Of a stretch of 64,000 nt of DNA, positions 45,335 to 55,500 are shown in pieces. The notes below the pieces were generated by a model that saw only the letters and a program-made list of their open reading frames with translations, ran no database searches and was not told the DNA's origin. The stretch is from a virus. Position 1 is the first letter of the stretch, and each line of letters begins with the position of its first letter. The translations under genes were made by a program, and so were the position numbers. Location of the stretch: IMG/VR virus record IMGVR_UViG_3300037010_003037, positions 64,001 to 128,000 of that record. The stretch is one strand, 5' to 3'.

Positions 45335-48300
45335 TCAAGTAATTCTAAGCCTAAAAGGCGCGGTGAATCCTGATGGAAGTGTAAATGAAAATGATTGTAA
45401 GCTTATAGCAGATGGAAACTGTTGAAATGGCATCATGTTTGGAATAGGTGAAGCATAAACACCTGGGTTATTAACTGACTCAACAATCAGAGTAGGTGTT
45501 ACAGGTGGGCCATTATGAGTGATAAGATATTCATCAGCATTCTGTGTAATCAATAAGCCTTCCAAAGGAACTTTTGTAAAATCATACATCTTACTAACAC
45601 GATTAACTTGATTTTCTGTGACAGTAATTGTTCCTGTAAGGCTTGAAAATGGTGTAATAAGAACATGATTTGGATCCAAGTAGTTGACTGTATATGCACT
45701 TGGGTTAACTATGTTGTTAGTTCCGTCTCTAACAGTAACAGAGACATTCAAGGTATTTAGATTGTGCGTTACTAAAATAGGGTTATCACCTGGAACCCAT
45801 GAAAATGTGAACACCGGTGCAGCTAGCTTTTCTACAAGTGTAAAATCTTCTAAAAATTGCGTACCTGTTGTTTCAGTAGATTCTTCAGAAACAAATGTTC
45901 CTAATGATCCATTAATTGGGTGTGGCAGGATTATTTGCGCATTTTCATCATACTCGTATACCCCAGGCGCTATTTCGATGGCATGCTGAATGATTGCTGA
46001 ATATCGTTGATCGTAATCGAATATATCATATGGCATTTCATCATAGCCAAAAACGATAGGAAGCGCGCCACCTTCGATTAGTGTGATATTCAACGTGTCA
46101 TCAAGAGCAAGATTACCAACAACATTAATTCCTGAGATATTCTCAAATGAGAACAACACAGGTATGTTGTCAAATAAATTCAACCGTACGCGAGCGTATG
46201 CGCGCAGATTCTCTGTTACCTTTACTCTAATATTTTGCCCATAAGAAGCATCAGGTTGAAATCTGAACGCAAATTTAGTATTAAACGGAACGTAGTTCTT
46301 AAAAAAGTTTTTATCAAATATAATGGTTGCAGAACCATTCCTGTTAGTGCACTGATATCGAGGTTGCTCGATTGTAAATACCTTGACTGTTGGATCAGAA
46401 CAAAGATATGCTTCAATTTGAGTAGTAAGGTCAGGAAAATGAGCAGTCTTCCCATCATATAGAGATGCTGGGGAAGTTGGCCTATCGAAATAACGAAACT
46501 CAAGTGGAATCCAGTCATTTACTGAAGCAAGTTCTGGGTAAATCTTACCAGCATCATTAATTCTAAAGCGCATCACATCTAACAACGCTTTGTCAATTAT
46601 GATGCGATCTCCATCATTTACACCATTTTTAAAAATGACAGAACCATAGCTGTGATACAGTGGGAAATATTCCTCATTGTACAACCACGGAACAGTAATG
46701 TCTTCTATACCAGTATCATATCGAGGAATTTCATAGTTAAGCTCATCATACCATCCTTCGGCAGCATAGGTATACTCTGGTGCAAGATATACTCTAATTG
46801 TGTCACCAGCTTGATACTCGAACTCTCCAGGAATATAGTCAATTTTGAATGAACAGAACTCATCTTCCCATACTTCATTCAATGTTAGAACTTTTCTATA
46901 TCCATAAATGTTGTTTACAACTGTTGCATACTTAACAACAGTATTTGGTTTAACTGGAGGTTGGAACGTAATCGTATACACTGATGGTTCAGCAATAGAA
47001 TGTACATCTTTTATCTTTGTGAACAACAATGATGTTGTTTCAGAACCACCAACAGCTACAAATAAACCATTTCCATACGCGATAGAGTTATATGAATTCC
47101 CTTTATAACGCGTCCAGGAAATGCCACCATCTTCTGATGAAGCAATAAAACCATCTGGTCCAACGGCAACGAATTTTCCATTACCATATGAAACTGAAGT
47201 CAAAATTCCAGTATCTCGCTCAACTGGATTATCCCAAGTATTAGCTACACGTGTCCATGTTAATCCACCATCGGTTGAGCGAATAATAACTCCATTGCTG
47301 CCAACTATAATAAAGGTGTTAAGATCTTTGACATAAATGATGTCATTAAAATCTACGCTTTGTTGCTGGAGTGTTCCTAGCACAGATAAACCAAATGAAA
47401 CCGGTGTCCAATTAATTCTATCATTAGAACGAAGAATCGTACCTTTATTACCAACAGCAATTATCGCATCATTAGACCATGCAATACCATTTAAGCTATC
47501 ATGTGTACCACTTAATCTCTTTACCCACCCAAACCCAGTTGTAGATGTAAGGATTGTTCCATCATCTCCAACAGCTATAATACAGTTTTTTAAACTTAAA
47601 CTATATGACACTATTACAGTCTCACCAACAGTAAATGGAATAGTAGCTGTTGGCGGAAAATTTGGGTCATAGAGATAAATTACATCAGTGTTGGTATCAT
47701 ACCAGAAAGGAACAGTTTCTTCCTGTGGAACTCCACCAACAACTTTCCAGATTGATATACCTGACGGGTCTAGTTCATTACCACTGTTCAACACAATAGA
47801 AGCATTATCAAGTTTGTCATTCGCTGTTTGCGTAATAACAATTGGTCCGCTGTTAGTTTTTGACACTAGAAAATTAGGAATAACTGTAGACGCGTGCAGA
47901 GTAGAATTAACCCCAGTTGCTTGACGAACCCAGTGTTCACCGTCGGATGATGTAGCAATTAGCCCATTTTCGCCAACGATAACAATTAGTTCACCTGGAG
48001 GTGGTGGAACAACTTCTTGATACCACGTGTTCCCATCAGGTGATGAACCAACTATAGAATCTTTACCAGCTACGTAAAATGCACCATTAAATGAAATAGA
48101 TGTTAAGATTTGCGCGTTAGAAACTACTTGGCGCCATGTCCTATCATTTCCATCTGGTGACACCGAAACAGTAGCACGATAGATGCTCGCGAAGTATTTC
48201 AGTTTGGGGATCTTAAAACCAATCTTTCCGTTCCAATACCATTCCCCAATCTTTGCATTAGGTTGCCAGCCTGAAACGCTTCCATATACTAGAAAGTTTT

Positions 48301-49519
48301 CTACACGATCTCCAACAGTGAAGTTAAATGTGTCACCTTGGAAAAATCCTTCAATTGTAGGAATAATAGTGAAGTGAATATCATCGTTCTTGAATGAGCA
48401 ACCATCCTTAAGATCAATATTTTCAATAGTATAAGGATTAACGCTGTCTATCTTAGAAAGATTGTATGTTCCATCTCCATTAAACGTAATGGACCATGAT
48501 GATGGAATACTTACCCTATCAAGAGAACGGGTGTGAATTTCTAATGCAGGTTGATACAGCCGTGATGGTGAACCTGCTCCAGGCATAAATGATGGTTTAG
48601 ACTGTACAACGATAGGGTTTGTTTTAATAATCGACCAAACTTCTTGTGGTGCGTCTTCGGCAACTGTGATCTTATGATATGGCGTTAAAACAAACGTGTC
48701 ACCAATAATAAGTAGATGATCAGTTTGACCTGGTGCTGGTTCAAAGTCGAATTTTAACAGTGGGTGATTAAATGTAGTTCTAAATTGTGATGTTCCAATT
48801 AAGCCATTATATTTGCCTCTAACCTCGACAATACCATTAACATCATCTATGCACGTGAGAGTCCATTCATCATAAGCACCACGCTCTATGTTACGAATGC
48901 ATGCGGCAGCTTTAATTACGTCTTGATATAATAAAATGCCGGTACTTTCAGCAAAAGCTGGTATACTGGAAACGTTTTGTTCAATCCAACGCTGATTGGG
49001 ACGTGTTTCAAACGTGTAAACACCATGACTTAGGAAATAGTCAAATGATTCTTGTTGGTGTTCACCATTCTTACGAACATTTGTTACGCTTGGACCATCC
49101 CATCTTCGTGGGTTAAATGCTCTACCGCCATGATTTTCAATTCCAGGAATCTGTAAATCATCATTTTCACCAGCAATGAATGTTTCTTGACTAACATGGC
49201 TTAAAAACTTATGTACAGATGTAAATGGTACTTGCCATTGTGTTCTATTACCATCAGATATCAGTTCTTTCCACCAGGAATTTGAACGACGTGTTCTTAC
49301 TCCTGGATATGGTGATGATGATTCAAGAAGATCAGCTCCTAGAAATGCTAAAAGTTGATGATTTTCTGTAATTTTTACGTTTACATCATCATTGATTTCA
49401 TATCGTTCTTCAATTTCTGAAAGCTTAGTGTGGTATGGTTTTACGTCTAAAACGTAATTATTCAGAGCATCAGTATGCCCATTTGCTACGACAAGATAAT
49501 GGCTTTTAGTAGAGTTCAT
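45335..49519 (-). CDS. Large tail/baseplate protein with beta-propeller repeats (start moved to ATG 49519)
   Basis: DVKPYHTKL N-terminus; repeated AVGxxGxIxxSxDGxxW; GGAG RBS before MNSTK. Confidence 0.8.
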   Translation of the reverse strand: MNSTKSHYLVVANGHTDALNNYVLDVKPYHTKLSEIEERYEINDDVNVKITENHQLLAFLGADLLESSSPYPGVRTRRSNSWWKELISDGNRTQWQVPFTSVHKFLSHVSQETFIAGENDDLQIPGIENHGGRAFNPRRWDGPSVTNVRKNGEHQQESFDYFLSHGVYTFETRPNQRWIEQNVSSIPAFAESTGILLYQDVIKAAACIRNIERGAYDEWTLTCIDDVNGIVEVRGKYNGLIGTSQFRTTFNHPLLKFDFEPAPGQTDHLLIIGDTFVLTPYHKITVAEDAPQEVWSIIKTNPIVVQSKPSFMPGAGSPSRLYQPALEIHTRSLDRVSIPSSWSITFNGDGTYNLSKIDSVNPYTIENIDLKDGCSFKNDDIHFTIIPTIEGFFQGDTFNFTVGDRVENFLVYGSVSGWQPNAKIGEWYWNGKIGFKIPKLKYFASIYRATVSVSPDGNDRTWRQVVSNAQILTSISFNGAFYVAGKDSIVGSSPDGNTWYQEVVPPPPGELIVIVGENGLIATSSDGEHWVRQATGVNSTLHASTVIPNFLVSKTNSGPIVITQTANDKLDNASIVLNSGNELDPSGISIWKVVGGVPQEETVPFWYDTNTDVIYLYDPNFPPTATIPFTVGETVIVSYSLSLKNCIIAVGDDGTILTSTTGFGWVKRLSGTHDSLNGIAWSNDAIIAVGNKGTILRSNDRINWTPVSFGLSVLGTLQQQSVDFNDIIYVKDLNTFIIVGSNGVIIRSTDGGLTWTRVANTWDNPVERDTGILTSVSYGNGKFVAVGPDGFIASSEDGGISWTRYKGNSYNSIAYGNGLFVAVGGSETTSLLFTKIKDVHSIAEPSVYTITFQPPVKPNTVVKYATVVNNIYGYRKVLTLNEVWEDEFCSFKIDYIPGEFEYQAGDTIRVYLAPEYTYAAEGWYDELNYEIPRYDTGIEDITVPWLYNEEYFPLYHSYGSVIFKNGVNDGDRIIIDKALLDVMRFRINDAGKIYPELASVNDWIPLEFRYFDRPTSPASLYDGKTAHFPDLTTQIEAYLCSDPTVKVFTIEQPRYQCTNRNGSATIIFDKNFFKNYVPFNTKFAFRFQPDASYGQNIRVKVTENLRAYARVRLNLFDNIPVLFSFENISGINVVGNLALDDTLNITLIEGGALPIVFGYDEMPYDIFDYDQRYSAIIQHAIEIAPGVYEYDENAQIILPHPINGSLGTFVSEESTETTGTQFLEDFTLVEKLAAPVFTFSWVPGDNPILVTHNLNTLNVSVTVRDGTNNIVNPSAYTVNYLDPNHVLITPFSSLTGTITVTENQVNRVSKMYDFTKVPLEGLLITQNADEYLITHNGPPVTPTLIVESVNNPGVYASPIPNMMPFQQFPSAISLQSFSFTLPSGFTAPFRLRIT

Positions 49520-52500
49520 CTTGTTGCTCCACTTGTGTTGCTTGGACAATTGTTGTAGATGAACTTACAGTAATATATGATGTCTTGAAAATGTCGCTAA
49601 ACTCAAAATTGTTAGCAAGCGCATCATCTAGAACTGCAAAGAAGATTTCATTAACTTGACTTGCTCTAGCAGTTTTGTAAATTATGCTCATTGTTTCACG
49701 TGCTTTTTCAGGTGTTGCAAACCATTCACTAGACTTAGAGAAGTCCAGTGCAGTTATATAGTCAGTAATAACTTTATTTCCAACACGCAATGTACATTGT
49801 GTATTCAAGATAGTATTAATAATAGATTTCTTTACTAGCTCCGTATCAGCAAAAATTTGACCTTTACCAAAACCAAACCGAGTACGTGTACCATTTCGAT
49901 TATCATAGTCAATTCGTGCTTGAGATGGAACTGGATTTCCACCTGCATCAATTCCAGAAACAGCAGCAGTAATTAACTCCCATAATTGAGCTGGAATTTT
50001 ATTTCGTTGGCTCTTTCTGATAAGTTTCCACTCACTGTGCGTGTTCTTTAAATTAATTTCTTCTGGGTCATCCCTTAATGTAAAGTCTCTTACAAAGCGC
50101 AGTTTGAACGCAGAGTCCTTAGTAACAAACGCGCTCAATCCAGCAATAGCACAGGAATCAAACTTAGCAGGATATTTTTTATCGTTAGAAGGCAAAGCGC
50201 GTACAAAGATAGTATACGTGCTTGGACCAACTGTTAGAATATCTTGTGCTTGAGCTAGCGACATTGTCTTGTTTACTTGAGGAATTGTCTTATCTTGTAC
50301 CCAGAAATAATACTTAGCCGCTGTAATATTACCATCAGCATCACGCTGTTGAATTACTGTGTACTGGTAATCCAACTTGTACTGTGTTTGAATGGTATAG
50401 TCTTCAGCTACATCAGGATCAAATTCTAGTTCTTTACTTGATGGAACATAAGCTCGGTATAGAACTAAAACGCTTGAACCTTCCTGTGGAGTATTTACAA
50501 TCTGAAGTAGATATCCCGAAATGACATATCCGCTTGGATTAACCTGAATTCCATTTACGTAGACAGATACACGGTTATTGTCAATTTCTTCTGGAAGAAC
50601 AAACAAGATAGGATCTACACCATTAGATATTTTATTAAGACGCAGATCATTAAGTAACTTCCACTCTGTCCAACTTACAGTATAACGAGCTATACTTTCG
50701 CCAGTTCTTAAAACTAGTGTATTAATGGGGTTGTACATTTCACTAATTATTGAAGAAGTGGCAGAAACTATTTGCTCGTCACCAACATAAGGCTTCCACA
50801 TGTTAAACGGAGGCACTAAATCAGAATCCAGTTCTTTCTGAGTTGGAGTTTCCCAGGTTTTCCACTCATATTCAGATTCTGAATAATCAATATCATTTTT
50901 ATCATTTATGAAAATATCATCTGGTAGAGGAATTATCTCTTCAAATGAAATACCTTCACGAATATAAATGTCCTGCTCACCATTAACTATTGAATCAATA
51001 ATTTCCTCACTAGTCAGTGGGGTGTTGCCGAATATCGCTCTTTTGATTCTAACTGATAATCCAAAAGTTTCAAATTTCACGATAAGCAAGTTATCATTTA
51101 CAGCATCAGTAGAAACCCAATCATTAACTTGTGTATCTTCATAATTTCCTAGAGCATCAGACATTCTTAGCGCAAATACTCCAGCAGAAATAGTTTTCTT
51201 AGAAAGCTTAATCGCTCCAATTTTTGAACCAAATGCTGGGATTTTAAGTGGCTCTAGTTCAATTGACGCAAGTTTAGTTCCACTTGGAACAATCATAGGT
51301 TGATCAAGAAGAACACTTGAGCCAATAACATATTGTATATTATCAACAATTTTGACCTCACCTACTGGCTTATTATTTTTCCAACCTCCAAAATGACGGT
51401 CAGCTACTAGTGTTTGATCTTTACAACGACCTTTATCAGCAACTAACAGATTACCAGAAACAAATACTTTTATTAATGTAGACCCAAATGATGGGTGCGC
51501 ATTAGAATTTCCAACACCAGCTTTTGACCACGCAATAGGCTTTCTTTTGATAATGCGATCACGTTTATAGTATTTTTTCAGAGCGGCACGCCCTGATGCC
51601 TTTAATCTTGGGTCAATTTCAGCACTACCTTCTTGTTTAGCAGCAAGATCATCATATTTAGCTGGGTGAACAGGACTTTCAACCCATTCATATAGATCAA
51701 TAGAAGCCCAATCAGCTAGCAGACCCCAGCGCTGTAATCGTGCATCTCTGTTTGGGAAAATTTTTGCATCATAGTACGGGATATAGCCAAGATTTGCAGT
51801 ATTCCACCAAACTCGTCCAACCTCGCGTTGAGCCCATGGTTTTAAAGTATGATAATTTTCATTGTTAGTTGTTTGCATTGAGTAGTTATATCTAGCAGGG
51901 TCAGCATGTGAAATAATATCAACTACTTCCAGCGGTGCTTGTGCGTGTATACCGATAGCTGGATGCCATAATGAAATATCATCAATTAGAATTGAGTCTT
52001 TATAGTTAATTAGCTTTATTGGTGAAAGCTTAGTAGGATTAATCCACGTAAAGCCTGTTACTTTGTATGTTCCTGGACCATCAACTTTAATAAGGCTAGC
52101 GTTTATAACTTTACAGTTAAACGGACCAGTGACAGAAGGCTCAACACCATCACCATTGTGATAAATGTTGGATAAGCGAATATAAGCTGGAAATGTGTTT
52201 GACGCATCTACAACAACAGTCTCAGAAATTCGTTCTGCTTCAAAATACAAGCCTTTGCCCAAGTCATTAATGCTAAACCAGCGCGTATCATCACCACTTT
52301 CTATGTGGGTAAACAGTGGCATTAAGTCAACACCATCACCATTTGTATAGAACTGAAGTCTAAGATACTTCTGAGTTGTATCTGTTGGTTCAATCTTAAG
52401 CTCAGGAGATGACTTTTCTCGAGCATCTCCATACTCAGCTATCTTATATGCCCAGTACTCATCCACCGAGGCATCATTAAACTTCTTGTAATTGACGAAT

Positions 52501-55500
52501 GCATCAATCGTCATGTTAGTTCCTTTGGCTTGGATTAGGCCACGCCAAAAATTAAACTGTGTAGAATTGTTAACATCGATTTTGTCAAAATAGGACTTCT
52601 TACTATAGCCAAGAAGCGCAAGCGCGTGTTCTGCAGTTGTAGGTTCATAGAAAGTTTTGGCTGCATCATAATAAGATGCAGAAGCATCAACAGATGACAT
52701 TAGGTTTCTACGAACATTATTACCACTTAAGAAAAAGCCTTCAAATGTCGGTTTGCCATTTGGCTCTTCTTGTCGAATATAGTTTAAGTACGCAGTTTTA
52801 ATTCGCGCGCTGGTAAATGGATCAAACAGCGTAGCTGCCCCATTCTCATCACTGAACTTCTTATTGAATAGAATAGCGTGCTCATATTCATCAATAAACA
52901 CGTGTGCAGAAAAGATCGGCGTGTTAGTGTAAGTTACTGCATACTCATCTGTTCTGATTACGTGTAGTTTATCAACTGGAATTAGCGCACCAGTCACATC
53001 ATAAGCGCCTTGTGCTGAGTATGCATCAATGAATACTCTGTCACTGTAACGCGCCATTAAACCATATGGTGTGATTAGAGTCAAATTTTCCATGAATGGG
53101 TTAAGAATATGGGCATCCCCAGCATTCATGCCCTTGTATACACGGTCAATAAATTTCTCAATTTCAAGCTGCCAATCCAGATTGCGTCCTGTTTCTTCAT
53201 CAGTAACTGGCATCCCCTCTGAATAAATTCTCCATCCAAGATCATGCAATCTATCAACATAACCAAAGATGAAATTAATAACGTTTTGCAGCCCAGTAAT
53301 GATCTGTGGAGTTGTTACTGTTTCAATTGACAACTTTTCGGTATAGCGTTTCCATTCAAGGGGTGTTGTTATCTTACTTAGTGCGTTAAATGTTAAGTAT
53401 TCACCGCTTGTGTTTAACACGTATTTTTCAATAGTCGGGTTTTGATTGCTATAACTTTCAATTCTAAATACCCAATCACTTGCATCAGTTTTTGGTGCTT
53501 GATACCCATATTGATTTATAACTCGTGAGCCCATGGATACTAACTGCACACGAAGGCCAGTAATCCATAGACTGTCATTATTAGAGTTCTTTTTCAATAG
53601 AAGATTATACGATGTTGTTGGTAGTAATCCAAGAGTTGTATTAATGCTTAAAGTATCTTGACGTATTAGAGCACCAATGCGATGCGCAAGCTTAAGCTGC
53701 CAATTTCTGTATGCTTGTGTGGCAGAAGAGAATTCTGTGTCAATAAAGCTAAAGCGCAGCAGGTTTGTGAACCACTGACCAAGTCCTTTGAACTTTTTAA
53801 CAGTAGCTGCAACATGTGTAAATTTAGTTGGAACAGGTTTCATCGGTTGTGTAGGATGAACAACAGCTGCACCATCTGCAACGCATCCTTCACAAAAATC
53901 ATTAATGATTAGACTTGGGTCAACATAATTTGGGCTATCTACATCGACCACGTCGTCATAGAGATTGATAATAAGTTTTTCACCAAGTTCAAAAGGAATT
54001 CCCAGATCATCAATGGTTACATTGTTAAAACTAACACCATCAGTTACAATGCTAAATGGTAAACCCTCTTCAACATACGCTTTTAGTTGTCCATTTATAA
54101 ACAAGCTAAAAATAGTTAAATTATCTTCAACATGGCTAACTTCAAAAATTATCTCACGTGTTTTATCATTAGGGTTAACAGCATTAATGGTTCCTTTAAT
54201 TCTTTGTTGAACTTCATCAGAGGTGTAAGTGTTGATAATGTTTAATCGTTCACCATGCATTAAGAATGAAGTGTGTGGCTGAAGAGCAGATAGGTTTCTT
54301 TCGAGCCGCGCGCCACCAGGATATGCTGTAACGAATGTATCTCCCCATGACTTACTTAAAAACTCAAGTGGTTGGAGTCTAAACGCAGTGCGGGCGAGAC
54401 CGTATAGGTATTCTAAAGATTTCTTCCATACTATTTCAACAGGTCCATTATCACCAAACCTATATACATCAGAAATTCCTGATGGTATATAAGTTAAAAG
54501 AGCTTCTGAAGAAGCACTTTCCAGTGGTGAAACATATGGTGGAAGAACTGCATCATTGTAAATGTTAACGCATAGCTTGAGAGATGGATTAGCAGCCTTG
54601 ATATCTGCCCACATCTGTTGTTTCCACATGCGCACCTGTTCAATTGTTACAGGTGTAACGTTAGGAATAATAGTGCCTGATGTGGTAATTACCCACACTG
54701 TATTTGCCCTAGTGTCACCTTCAAGGCAACCAACTGTTAAACCTTCAGCTAAAATGTCAGATGAACGTGTCCAGCTACTTGCAGCAGCTATGTAAATTCC
54801 ATTCATTTCAGGTAGTGTCTGTGCTATCAGTAGAATACGATCACCGTTAGCAACTTGTATTCCATCAATAACTGGAAAACCTGCCAATGTAGGCACATTT
54901 TGCCATGCAACAACACGAACAGGAGTTGCAATATTATTTGTTCCACTTACTGTGCTTGCATAAAGAGCATCCCATGTGGGTGGTTTAATAGCAAAGTTTA
55001 GTAGCTTCCATGGCTCAAGGTTAGGACGACATGTAGAAACGGTTTGTCCAGGTCTGTTAAAATGCTGCTTGTAAATATCATACCATCTTGCAGGCACTGT
55101 TGTGAAGCCAGGAATAATTGCGTGGGAATAATTCCATGTAAAGGCATCGTTCTGCTTAAAATCGGGAGCGTATGTATCATAACCATACTTAAGAGCGAAC
55201 CGCGCTAGTTCTATTTCTGAGTAACGCGAAACATTTGCATTGCTCAGATATGAGCTTACACTTTGTGATGGGTGAACACTCTCAAATAGTTTTTGCTCTA
55301 CCGCAATAACAAGACTATTACGAATAGTTTCAATGCTGAATGGCAACCATCTATTAGCAACCGTGACAGAACTTACAATCCACGTGTTACTAACATTATC
55401 CCATTCATGCATCTGGCGTGTTGAACGGTTAAACCAGAACTGTCCAGTTGATCCGTTTGGTGGTGTTGTAGGCGTGTCATAGTTTACAGAGAAAACTCTT

